A stretch of 64,000 nucleotides of DNA, taken from assembly GCA_000002445.1 (NCBI GenBank), contig CH464491.1:4256001-4320000 (forward strand). Direction: 5' to 3'. Every line of letters starts with the position of its first letter. The stretch's first letter is position 1. Both the position numbers and the translations under genes were made by a program. A model generated the notes under the pieces. The model saw nothing but the letters and a program-made list of their open reading frames with translations, made no database searches and had not been told where the DNA came from. This DNA comes from Trypanosoma brucei. Its lineage: Eukaryota. This document shows, piece by piece, positions 1 to 9,995 of this stretch.

Positions 1-1068
1 CAACGTGGCAACAGCTATAAATTGACCGCATGGCGAGACACAGAATGTGCGAATGCCACTCCTCTCTGGCACCGCAATAGATAATTCAATCTCTTGGCCA
101 TGGCGTCCGTCAACAGGGGACATCAATGCACTCTTCACAGATAATGAGGGAGAAAAAACACGTAGTAGCTCCTCGTAATGCGGCACCGTCACAGGCACTA
201 CGCTCGATGCAGGACCAGCGCAACACTCCTCAAGAACCTCGACGTACTCCAGTATCTCCTTCATTTCGCCTCGGAGGAGGACGACAAACCCAAAAAAGCC
301 GTAGAGAGCCTCCTCCTTCCCTTGGGAATAGTCGTCCTTCTTGACAATCTCTTTTAAGGTGTCAAGAGCTGCCGACACAACAGAATGATTCACGAGGCGT
401 ACTGCAAGTCGGTTCTTCTTGACAGTTGCCATCGCACAATCAGGAGTTGTCAGATTCCTGATGTCTAGTAACCATGCGGATATGGTGTGGACCATCACCA
501 TTGTTCCAGAAGTAATGGCATGAAAGAGTGGAAGCGGCGCAACCGAAGACGCAGCTTCATCGTACAAGCTCGACAGAGAAAGTTGATAGTTGAGTGAATT
601 GTCCTTGTTACTACCATCCTTGCTGGGTTTCATTACTGGTTCATGGCTCTCAAAGAAGCTCGTGACTAAGCTCTCATAGAGCTGGTATGGGGTAGGATCC
701 TCAAGTGGACTGCGATACATATTGGCAAGGTCCTCCAAGTATCGCCGAGCTTCCTCCGGACTAACTGGATCCTCATCATCAAAGTCCGGTGGGGTTGGTG
801 GGAGTGAAGAGCCGCATGCCAACTTTTGTTGCTGCTTTTGCATATAAGGAAGGTACGCAATACGATACAGTTGCGGTAGTGTGAGGCAGTCCACGTGAAG
901 TTCGTTGCGATTGGGCAGAAACTCACCCCGCCCATGGGTATGACATGAAGTCTTCTGGGGCGACACCAGTTTAGCAGCCCCTGAGTTGCATGCCTCCATC
1001 ATAGGCAACATGGCGGCATTAATATTTACATAGTTTCCGCTTAACGACGATGGTGGTATCGCCGTCAT
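1..1068 (-). CDS. hypothetical protein, 3'-partial (C-terminus lies beyond window start); truncated end looks like the start of a WD40-type blade
   Basis: Manual minus-strand translation from an ATG at about 1066-1068 (gccaccATG context) is stop-free down to position 1, more than 350 codons (MTAIPPSSLSGNYVNINAAMLPMMEACNSG ... SGIRTFCVSPCGQFIAVATL). An in-frame TAA lies upstream at about 1180. The supplied ORF track has no such ORF, apparently because it drops ORFs without an in-window stop. Track ORFs 126..344(+) and 666..935(-) are out-of-frame shadows of it. Confidence 0.6.
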   Translation of the reverse strand, partial: MTAIPPSSLSGNYVNINAAMLPMMEACNSGAAKLVSPQKTSCHTHGRGEFLPNRNELHVDCLTLPQLYRIAYLPYMQKQQQKLACGSSLPPTPPDFDDEDPVSPEEARRYLEDLANMYRSPLEDPTPYQLYESLVTSFFESHEPVMKPSKDGSNKDNSLNYQLSLSSLYDEAASSVAPLPLFHAITSGTMVMVHTISAWLLDIRNLTTPDCAMATVKKNRLAVRLVNHSVVSAALDTLKEIVKKDDYSQGKEEALYGFFGFVVLLRGEMKEILEYVEVLEECCAGPASSVVPVTVPHYEELLRVFSPSLSVKSALMSPVDGRHGQEIELSIAVPERSGIRTFCVSPCGQFIAVATL

Positions 1069-2246
1069 GGTGGCCCTGTAGAAACAAACAGCGAACAACC
1101 ACACACTACTGCAGTCAGGATAATTATATCTTTTTTGTTTCAAAAAAAAAAAAGCGGCTTATGTGTCTATCGTCACGCAACACGGTGGACAACGAAGGAA
1201 GAACGCGTGAAGGAGAAAAGATGAGACCCGAAGCGAGTCACAATGGCATCAGTAAAATAAGGCGCGGAGGTAAACCACAGAGATTGCAAATAAGATGCCT
1301 CAAAAAGAAAAAAGGAAGTAAAACGTTCCTACTTCCCTACATAAGAAAAAAAATTGCTCCATAAACATCTAAGATGCTTTCTTTTTGCGACCAGAAAGCA
1401 TCGGAAACGCATGTGAGGGTTCCTATCGGGACGCTCGTTTGTGTAGATGCCTCTGCAATAGTCAGCATTGTCTCAAAAAAGAGGCACGAAAATAAACAGG
1501 AGAAAAGGGTAAAAAGAATGGGTGAAGGTAAAAGAACGAGATCCATATTTTTTCTGCGGCACGGATAATAGAATCAAGCTGGCAAATCCTGCGGTTCCAA
1601 TGACAGCCATCATATAATTGCCCACGGACGGGCACGCGCACGCATACATAAGTATGGGTGCACTAGTAACATTCCCGTGCACACGTGCCGCAGCAGTAAC
1701 GGTATTGCAGCCTCTCATCTGATCCCTTCGACTAATCGTCCTTGGTGCCAGCAGCCTGACCTCCAGCGCCTTCCCCACCAGGACGACGACGCGGCCCTCA
1801 GGTACCATCAGGACAGTTGTCTGTTGAGTTCACTTCTTGTACTGCCCCATTTACCCTTGGAACTGCTGGGTCGCCGCGGAAAAAGCTCCAAATCCACCTG
1901 AATACGGCGACGACAACGTACACAACGACCCAACACGCTACTCAGACCATTGTGTCTTGCTACCTTTTGTACACAAGGGAATGATGGATTAAGCAAACGG
2001 AGGAAATGGGAATACAAAGAGCGGAATGGTGACAAGGAGATAGATAGGTGAATTTACGCAAGCTAAGAGAATTCTCGGCACAGTGTAGGAGTGTGCATGG
2101 AGAGAACTTTCCAAATTCGAACTTTTCACGGAGGTCATCGGGTCAACTCAACAGATACGGACCCACCGCCACATGACACGCCACTTCTCCCTCACCCTTT
2201 TCTGTAACAACTCACTCACCCAACACACGCTTCCAGAGACCACAAA

Positions 2247-4580
2247 CTAACTCTCATGATAGACAACGTCATCGTTAGCGCCTACTAACCTTTGCAGCGG
2301 CAAGCGACAAAAGTCCCCACGTGGTTGCGTCGTCTGAGCGCCCGAGTTCCACTCGCGCTTGATATCCTCAGCGGTTTCGTCTCTCGCCCTCTTCATTTTC
2401 TTGTCTATCAAACCAGTTGCTGTGTCATTTGCCACACCTGGCTCATTCTGCTGTGACGTTGCATTTTGGTAATCCAACTCCCAACTCGCAACCACACGGC
2501 AAAGAAGCTTCTCCTGGTAGTCCAGACTACGTGGATTGACAGATCCCTGTGCAGTGGGTGAAGCAACACTGCATTTTAGTTCTTGTTTCTTGAAGGTGCC
2601 ACGGAGTTTCGCCTGACGAATACTAACAACATCACCCGGTGCCGTGTCATCTACCCCCTCCACAGCAGCCTCCGGAGCGCCGTCAGGGTTAAACTCCGTG
2701 ACACTACACGTGTAGCCCTGATCCACGAGGAATGCAGTTCGGTGTGCTGCGTACGACATCTCAACGGTGTCTGTGCTGATCACAGTGTAAAACCAAGCGT
2801 CGGTGGGTTTGCCATTGCTCGCTTTTTCTTTGGGGCGCAGAATCCTCCCGAGGCGCTGTGCCTCTTGCCGTCTGCTTCCACCGTGACTGGATACCTGCAC
2901 CACAACATTCGCGCTTGGAAGGTTTACACTAACATCTCCTACACGCGACAGGCAAACAACGTTTACCTTCGAGGTACTCTGAAAGTCAGAGAATATCATC
3001 AGGCGCTCCCGATGAGGCGTATCCCCGCAAACCACAGGTGCACCGAGAAGCTTGCTGTATTCCTTCAGTAGCATGATGTGGTCACAGAAAACGAGAATCT
3101 TCGAGGACTCGGCGACATGTCTCTTGACGATCTCCATAACGCACAGCATCTTGTTGGGGTTAGCAGCCGCAAGCATCACGAGAAGCGGTGTACCGTGTTG
3201 TGGCGATGTAAGCTCGCTGCTGCGCTCAAGGTACTCAAGACTGAAGCGGCGCGCCAGCGGCGTCAGCACCTCGATGCAGGTCACGTGAGCTAAATAACCA
3301 CTACTCGCCAGTCTTTCCCACGAAATGTCAAACAACTTTGGTCCTACCAAATGAAAAAGGTCACGTATTTTGGAATCCTCCCGCACATACGTTGCCGTCA
3401 GCCCCACAACGCCTTTAGCGTTGATGAAACCCAAGCTATCCTTGTACGCATCCGCAGGCATCATGTGCACTTCATCCATGATAAGAAGACCGTACGGTTG
3501 GAACAGCCGCTCCTTAGGATTGGCCCTCCGGGGGTTTCTTCCCCGTCCATCAGCGTTCATTTCGAAGCCCTCCACTTGGCAGCGCGCCTGGGCCTTATGC
3601 GCAGTCACCAGCATACTGTACGTCGTCAGCACAATATCCGTCTCATCCGTGATCTCATCCTTCTGCTTTCCGGTCAGACATGAGATGCGTGCAGCCCCAA
3701 CTGCTGCTGTCCGCACCTTCTCGCCAGTGGTACTATTCGACGGATCGCCCTCTTCATTGTTTGCGGGGGCACAAACGCTTGCGAACTCTAAAATCTGGTT
3801 TCTCCACTGCTCAACACTCACGCCCCCTGCGCAAAGTATGAGTGTTGGTTTCTTTACCTTACAAAGGAGCATGATACCGACAAGTGTCTTACCAGATCCA
3901 CAGGGAAGAACTATACAACCACTGCGCAAAGCACCATCGCTCGCCGCGGCGTCAACAGCAGCGATCTGGTATGGGCGAGGCCTAGTTTGAGACTTCAACG
4001 CAATGTTAACGTTACGAATGCTTGTATCCTTCTCATACTCGTATTGTTGTTGTAGCGGGTAGCCAAGCAGAACGCAGCGCTCGGCCACCACCCTCGCCGC
4101 GGCGCGACTCTTAAGAAGGAAATGGGGGCACGCATCCTCACCAACGGTTTCCTTGGGTTGGCAACAGAGGGATCGCACGACTCGGTCCTTTAACAATGTT
4201 TTTGCCGTTACAATATCCTTACATTCCAGCAACGTTCGCGACTCATCTATGACTACACGTGCCAAGTTACACCGACTCATATACATCTCAGCAAAGGCAC
4301 AAACACTCTCTCGGTAGGAAGCAAAACATTTATCGCGAAAAAAGTAAACGTGGTCGTCCAAGAACTGAATTACTTCTGACACCGATATGCTGGCGGAGGC
4401 AGCCGCGCCCAGTGAAAAGTATGTCATACGGTATTCGTGCATCAGAGAAAGTCGTGAAACGGGCTCTGCGATAGTTGTGAGAAACCCCTGAATGTTAGCG
4501 AACGAAGGTCGGAATGCCTCGGCAAACAACACAACACAACCTTCCTTCTTGATTCTCTCCTCCAAGAACAGGCACTGCAT
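2247..4580 (-). CDS. XPB: XPB/ERCC3-family SF2 DNA helicase (TFIIH-type), short paralog without the acidic N-terminal extension (XPB-R/XPBz-like)
   Basis: Walker A LPCGSGKTLVG, DEVH box LIMDEVHMMPAD, and VGLTATYVREDSKI, GDVSVNLPSANVVVQVSSHGGSRRQEAQRLGRILR, FLVDQGY all line up with human ERCC3. The N-terminal FLTTIAEPVSRLSLMHEYRMTYFSLGAAAS matches the XPB damage-recognition domain. Track ORF 2247..4643 begins on TTG. The first in-frame ATG (MQCLFLEER) is at 4578-4580, giving 777 aa. Confidence 0.85.
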   Translation of the reverse strand: MQCLFLEERIKKEGCVVLFAEAFRPSFANIQGFLTTIAEPVSRLSLMHEYRMTYFSLGAAASASISVSEVIQFLDDHVYFFRDKCFASYRESVCAFAEMYMSRCNLARVVIDESRTLLECKDIVTAKTLLKDRVVRSLCCQPKETVGEDACPHFLLKSRAAARVVAERCVLLGYPLQQQYEYEKDTSIRNVNIALKSQTRPRPYQIAAVDAAASDGALRSGCIVLPCGSGKTLVGIMLLCKVKKPTLILCAGGVSVEQWRNQILEFASVCAPANNEEGDPSNSTTGEKVRTAAVGAARISCLTGKQKDEITDETDIVLTTYSMLVTAHKAQARCQVEGFEMNADGRGRNPRRANPKERLFQPYGLLIMDEVHMMPADAYKDSLGFINAKGVVGLTATYVREDSKIRDLFHLVGPKLFDISWERLASSGYLAHVTCIEVLTPLARRFSLEYLERSSELTSPQHGTPLLVMLAAANPNKMLCVMEIVKRHVAESSKILVFCDHIMLLKEYSKLLGAPVVCGDTPHRERLMIFSDFQSTSKVNVVCLSRVGDVSVNLPSANVVVQVSSHGGSRRQEAQRLGRILRPKEKASNGKPTDAWFYTVISTDTVEMSYAAHRTAFLVDQGYTCSVTEFNPDGAPEAAVEGVDDTAPGDVVSIRQAKLRGTFKKQELKCSVASPTAQGSVNPRSLDYQEKLLCRVVASWELDYQNATSQQNEPGVANDTATGLIDKKMKRARDETAEDIKREWNSGAQTTQPRGDFCRLPLQRLVGANDDVVYHES

Positions 4581-4985
4581 AACCCACAATTTAACCCAAA
4601 TCCAAACGCGTTGTAGGCCGCACTTCACAGAAAAGCGACCCAAAAGGGGGTCTTGGTTGAAAAGGGAGGAAGTTTGGATTGAAGTACAACTATGTTATCG
4701 CTTGGGACGCCGGTTCACACCAACTTTATTTAGTCAATGTGCGTATCGCCCCTCCATACGGTTGGGCCCTACTGGCACTACTGGCCTCGCAGTTCCACTC
4801 CTTAAAATTATCTACAGGCAAAACAGCACGATACAAAAACATAAAAAGGAAGATGACGAAAAAAGATGCATTAAAAAGAAAACTATATATGGTACCTAAA
4901 TACTTTGGATGCAATGCTTGTTAGCTTTGCCCCATACGCTGTAAGACACGGACAGTGCGGCAATGGAATATTTTCCCTCCTCATA

Positions 4986-5047
4986 ATTGAGCAGTAAAAA
5001 AAAAAAATTTAAACAAGACGAAAAATAAGAGAGAAAAATAAAAGAAT
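4986..5047 (-). promoter_or_regulatory. polypyrimidine tract on the coding (minus) strand between RPL8 stop and the XPB-like gene; candidate trans-splice / polyadenylation coupling signal
   Basis: Plus strand reads aaaaaaaaaaaatttaaacaagacgaaaaataagagagaaaaataaaag, i.e. a run of pyrimidines on the transcribed strand. It lies downstream of the RPL8 stop (5070) and upstream of the XPB ATG (4580). Calling it a splice signal rests on the trypanosomatid model of coupled trans-splicing and polyadenylation. Confidence 0.4.
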
Positions 5048-5069
5048 GTGCTGATCCACATGCTTGCCT

Positions 5070-5852
5070 CTACTCCTCCGGATGCCACGCGCCCCTGACA
5101 GCTCTGCTACCGCGAATACGACCCGTGCGACGGGCGGCAATTAAACCAACCTTCTGTCCGGGTGGGGCGTGGCGCGAGACGGTGGAGGGGTGGCCAATGT
5201 GTTGATGGTTACCACCACCGTGAGGGTGCTCCACGGGGTTACGAGCCACACCACGTACCTTGGGCCAGCAGTTGCGTTTGCCACGGAAGCGGTAGAAGGA
5301 ATTACCGGCTTTAAGCACCGGCTTTTCAATACGGCCACCACCGGCGACGATGCCAATCATGGCACGGCAGCTGCTGGGGACCGTTTTCTTCTGGCCGCTT
5401 GGAAGCTTGAGGCGGGTGCGACCCGTTTCAGTGTTGTGCGAAATAATAATGCAATAGTCGCCAGAAGCACGGGCGAGGGTACCGCGGTCGCCAACCTTTG
5501 CCTCCACGTTGCAAACGATGCAACCCTCCGTGATTTGACCGAGTGGCAGGACATTCCCAATAGCAAGCGGTGCCTTAACACCACAGAGCATCGACTGTCC
5601 GGTGAACATGCCTTCCGGAGCGACCATCAATTCCTTCACGCGGCGGTATTTGTACGGGTGGCGGAACTCCACGCGCGCCAGCGGAGCACCGCGGCCGGGC
5701 TCGTGTTCGATGGCCTTCACAACACCGCGCATGAAACCGTGACGCTCGGCGTAGTCGAGAATGCGCAGCTTCGCGGGGCCGAGCCGCTTGTGGCCGTGCA
5801 CCTGGTACACAGAGCCGTTGCCCTTACGGCAGGTAAGCACTGTCTTCCCCAT
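5070..5852 (-). CDS. RPL8: 60S ribosomal protein uL2 (L8/L2)
   Basis: [39 protein letters not shown]...[34 protein letters not shown]...[24 protein letters not shown] aligns along its full length with eukaryotic RPL8. The first ATG is at 5850-5852; the track ORF carries a 7-codon upstream extension. Confidence 0.95.
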   Translation of the reverse strand: MGKTVLTCRKGNGSVYQVHGHKRLGPAKLRILDYAERHGFMRGVVKAIEHEPGRGAPLARVEFRHPYKYRRVKELMVAPEGMFTGQSMLCGVKAPLAIGNVLPLGQITEGCIVCNVEAKVGDRGTLARASGDYCIIISHNTETGRTRLKLPSGQKKTVPSSCRAMIGIVAGGGRIEKPVLKAGNSFYRFRGKRNCWPKVRGVARNPVEHPHGGGNHQHIGHPSTVSRHAPPGQKVGLIAARRTGRIRGSRAVRGAWHPEE

Positions 5853-6296
5853 TGTTTGCACGCAGAGTAGCACACTTAGGGTTCAGAAAAACAATGGGAG
5901 TGAGAGAACGCAAAGAAAACGGAAAGGAGAACAGGAGATTAAGGAACAAGCCTAAGGATTGGAAGCGCAGCACATCATCTCGCCAACAAAGATAGCGAGT
6001 TGGCAGGGAATTAGCAAAAGGGTTCGAGTACGACAAGTGTGAACAAAAACGACAGGAAAGCAAAGATAAGTAGAGAATGAGGCAACACGTAAACGCCGAG
6101 GCATCGACTTTGCAAACTTGGGCGCTCACATTCGGTATCAACGTCACCATCAAACAGTAATATCGACTCATTTGTATTGGAGTGAACAAAAATAGCGCAG
6201 GCCCAGCAGCAGCTGCTTCTATCGAAGTGATTATGCACATATTTGATGAATTAGGCTACTTAGAGAAATATCAATTTACCGCGCATTTCATTACCG

Positions 6297-7343
6297 CTAG
6301 GTAACCGGTTGGGATGCTCCAGAAGACTCCTCGTCTCCAAACGACACGAGCGAACAAACGTCGGGGTCATCCTCATTAAAGATGTGACCCACGCAATCAC
6401 TCGTAGTGACTTCAATAAGGGGGAATATTAATGACGAGTTTGCGTCTTTGATATCGCCCGTGAATTGGCTAAAACTGTCGGGAGAATGAATATAAAACCC
6501 AAGCAGCACTGATGTGCTACAGCTGGTCAGCGGCAACGTGTACCATTCACCTGAGATCTTCCCTTGAGTATCGGAACACGTAAAAGCGCTTTGCGCATAA
6601 TGAGGATCTAAGACAATGAGATTTCCCCCCTGATAGCCCATGAAAAAGAAAGCAGAGCCTTCTTTCCCTCCAACTGCACCCACAGTGCTTTCCATTCGAA
6701 GGCAACGCTTCAGCAACTTGGCGTACCCCTCAGAAATATGATGAGGTCCCAGCATCACGGGTATAAGCAACAGCACGTGTTTGGAAAGGAGGAGTATCTT
6801 CCTCACCTCATCTTCCATCACTTGTCGGTCACGAAGAACAAGCACGTCCGGGCCTTGGCCACCATTTCTAAGATAATCCTCCATTAGGGCCCCCATAACT
6901 ACCGCCACGTGGGTGGGACCAAACCAGCTACCACAAGGGGCGCCGTGCTGTACTCCCTTATTTGTTATGGCATGTATACCAAAGGGTGCCGAAGGATCAT
7001 CATGGAAAAGGTGCTGAGTTGCTTGCTTTAGGGAAGGAACAATACTATCCTCAAATGAAGCACCGCCACCGTTCTTGTAACGCATTAAAGCGTGGGCGAG
7101 CATCATTTGACCCGCACGAATCGTGCACCCCCACCCGATATCGGTTGTTGAACCGTTCCTCAGTGGTTCAAACTGGCAACGATAAGAAAAATACAGTAGC
7201 TTGCAGGCCGCTAACTTTACCATTTCCGCGGTTCCACCTCCACAGTACGTACCTGAACCAACGACGTATGCATCTTCTTCCTCTACCACATCTCGACTTC
7301 TACAACGAATCATACACACTATATTGTACACGAAACCAATCAT
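6297..7343 (-). CDS. ATG4: autophagy cysteine peptidase ATG4 (C54 family)
   Basis: Catalytic-Cys motif DIGWGCTIRAGQMMLAHAL and His motif LIVLDPHYAQ typical of Atg4, with a Trp/Tyr-rich N-terminal region. The track ORF starts on GTG at 7361. The first ATG (MIGFVYNIV) is at 7341-7343. Confidence 0.8.
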   Translation of the reverse strand: MIGFVYNIVCMIRCRSRDVVEEEDAYVVGSGTYCGGGTAEMVKLAACKLLYFSYRCQFEPLRNGSTTDIGWGCTIRAGQMMLAHALMRYKNGGGASFEDSIVPSLKQATQHLFHDDPSAPFGIHAITNKGVQHGAPCGSWFGPTHVAVVMGALMEDYLRNGGQGPDVLVLRDRQVMEDEVRKILLLSKHVLLLIPVMLGPHHISEGYAKLLKRCLRMESTVGAVGGKEGSAFFFMGYQGGNLIVLDPHYAQSAFTCSDTQGKISGEWYTLPLTSCSTSVLLGFYIHSPDSFSQFTGDIKDANSSLIFPLIEVTTSDCVGHIFNEDDPDVCSLVSFGDEESSGASQPVT

Positions 7344-7791
7344 CTCACCAAGGGCCGGCACCAGCTCTTAGCTTTGCGACGCAGTACTTCCATTAAACCC
7401 CCCCCACGCTGCTTGCGCGTCAGAACAGTACAGCTAGATGTGAAATGTCAAAGGAATGATGAAGAATGAAATGTACGTGACAAGGTTGCAAACAACTACC
7501 CCAAGAGGTAAAAATACGAGGGTTGTGTGACGCCGCTTCAAAATAACCTAGAGGCACACCATGATCAAGTTGGGTTCACAACGCTTGAGATTAAGCAGAT
7601 GAAAAATTTATTTAGGGGAGTGTGAACCGAGAGAAAAGAGTAACCGATAAAAACAGAGTTGTCGCAGAGAGTAGAAGCAAGCGGAGTGACTGCTGCACCG
7701 CCTTCCTCAAAAAAAAAAAATAATGGAATGGAATGGAAGGATAATTTTTGCCGCGTCAGAACAGACACAGGCGATTTTATTTTTTTCCGAC

Positions 7792-8868
7792 TTATGCAAC
7801 ATTGCACGTCGTCACAAATCCCATAGTGTCGCCAACAACGAGTCGGCTGCCACCAATAACAACACCGCAGTTCACGGAGGCCATTTGGCCCGTCGCCTCC
7901 CGCACACTTCCACTCGTATCCAGAGGGGGCGGATCGCCCTCTTCAACATCACCCACACTCTCTTCCATCTCCAGCTCTAAGAGTGGAAGTACATCCCAAG
8001 CGGATACCTCACCACAAACTGAGCACGTCACCAAACGAGGTCGTGGGGTTCCCGTCCAACCGATCACCGACAAATTATTGTGAGCGTGTCCGGGAGAGGC
8101 GAAAATTTCCATTATGGAGTCACCGTCCTCAGTGGCCGTGGCAATGGAATACATCCCGTTTGCCCGACCAATCGCCACGTAGCTTTCCATAAAAGAACAG
8201 GTCGTCAGAAGCGGTGGGTTTATCACCTCTCCACTCGACGGAACCAGCCAGTCGTCACCCAATAAGTTAAATTCTCCCTCCTGACGATTCGGTGAGGAAA
8301 AAATAGCACCCCCACCATCCATTCCAATGGCACAGAGCAACGGCGCAACGTCCTGCTGCTGTCTCTTAACAAACCCAAGACCACAACACCAGTTCGAGAG
8401 CGAACCAAACGAAGGCGCATCAATAGTTTGTCCTCCACCCGAAAAACATGCCGGAAGGTGCGCAGTCGGGGAGCACTCGAGCAGACTAAATGGCGTTATG
8501 GCACCATCCTCGTCAACCACAAGTGTCGTGGTCTCACGTTGTGGGTGGGTGCCCCCCAAAAATGTGGCGAGCTCACACGTGTGCCTATACGAACAAAGTT
8601 TTGCGTGCCGGCGTAAGTCGTAGCTGGTAATCCACTCACCCGCCAGAACAAGTGCCATGTGCACATCTGCCGCCAGAAGTAACTCTGTCGCATCCCCCTC
8701 AGCTGCTACCGTGGGTCCGGCCTCAACACGAGCGTAATCTTTCTGCTTCAAACGCGTGTCCCAGAGAGTCACGGCGCCTACGGTGTCGAGCGACCCAAAA
8801 GTAGTTGGGCATGTTGAGGAGGCGGCAATTGACATCACGGCGTGTCTGCCACGCCCAACCACCTCCAT
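7792..8868 (-). CDS. hypothetical protein (358 aa), possibly beta-propeller-like
   Basis: Uninterrupted ATG-initiated ORF in the same orientation as its neighbours. Gly/Val/Thr-rich segments suggest beta-rich repeats but I recognise no family motif. Confidence 0.5.
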   Translation of the reverse strand: MEVVGRGRHAVMSIAASSTCPTTFGSLDTVGAVTLWDTRLKQKDYARVEAGPTVAAEGDATELLLAADVHMALVLAGEWITSYDLRRHAKLCSYRHTCELATFLGGTHPQRETTTLVVDEDGAITPFSLLECSPTAHLPACFSGGGQTIDAPSFGSLSNWCCGLGFVKRQQQDVAPLLCAIGMDGGGAIFSSPNRQEGEFNLLGDDWLVPSSGEVINPPLLTTCSFMESYVAIGRANGMYSIATATEDGDSIMEIFASPGHAHNNLSVIGWTGTPRPRLVTCSVCGEVSAWDVLPLLELEMEESVGDVEEGDPPPLDTSGSVREATGQMASVNCGVVIGGSRLVVGDTMGFVTTCNVA

Positions 8869-9934
8869 CAGCTCTGCCTCCGGTGACGTACTGCGTGGAC
8901 AAAGAGTTCACAAAAGAAGTTGATGGTTAAGACAAGCACAAGCGATGACAAAGTTGGAAATATAGATAGATCAAAAACGGTAACAGCAATAGTAAAGGGT
9001 ATTTCAAAGAAATCGCAAGTGATCCCGAGTCTGGGTGCGAAAGGAAAAAAAAATGCTAAGCCACTTGGAGAATGAGGAAGAGCAGATTTTGTACACGATG
9101 TGTTGTGCCGACAATTTGCAAAGTAAATGGTAACCACCCACCAGATAATGGAGTTTAAAAGAGAGAAAACAAACGAAGAATATCACTACAAAAAAAAAAA
9201 AAACAGTGCAGTTGTCAAGGCGTGTTCCGCGAAAAGGTAGAGGTAAACTGCGCGGTGTGGGGAAGTGTAGGAACAATGCCCGGTAGCATGAACCGTTAGG
9301 TTGTAACTTCCCCTCTCATACTGTTTCAGTTGTATGACCCACAGTTCCCCTCGTGTTTGTCGCTCATTGTGTGACAGTTTTCTTTTTTTCCCCCTTCTCC
9401 TTTCCCCCGTGACATCGGCGAACGCTCAAGGAATGTGGTCAGTCAAACAAAAAAGTTATAAACATTGATACTAAATGATAGAGTGAATGGGCTCGCGTTT
9501 CGGTATACGATGAGATTAGAAAGAATATAAGGAGAAAACAAATAAACAGTAAAAACCAGGAAAAAGTACTCTGTACGCCACAAACCCCCGATACCGCAAA
9601 AAAAAAATATTGGTTATCGTTATAATTATTTTCACTTCTGGGAATGGTAAGGAACAAAACAAAAAATCAAAACAAGGATGAACGACATTAAAAAGGAAAA
9701 AAAAATAACCTGTCAAAAGCAAGCCAACTATGGAAAGTCCCCCACTATTATCATAAGTACAAACATCCACAAAAAAGAGAGAGGTGAAGAATGGACCGCA
9801 ATTCACAAGACGTAACGGTTACCTCACACCCAAATTTCAAAAAGCTCACAACAACGGAAATAGAAGCAGGCAATTTAGAAGTGAGAAGCCACTGCTCACC
9901 TCAACCCAGTCCAATAGCGAAGAGTTGGAATTGC

Positions 9935-9971
<37 letters not shown>
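9935..9971. repeat. (CA)8(TA)10 compound microsatellite
   Basis: ccacacacacacacacatatatatatatatatatata read directly. Confidence 0.9.
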
Positions 9972-9995
9972 TTCCCTTCCCCTCTTTTTTGGTTC

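Noticed and set aside
5169-5870. 233-aa plus-strand ORF antisense to RPL8. Similar long plus-strand ORFs lie antisense to the XPB-like gene (3370..3990), the importin (21547..22341), the HMG gene (36510..37217) and the CSD gene (45626..46345).
   Set aside because: They overlap minus-strand genes with clear family matches and have Ala/Gly/Arg-rich shadow-frame composition with no recognisable motifs. This is the expected antisense ORF artefact of GC-rich coding sequence.
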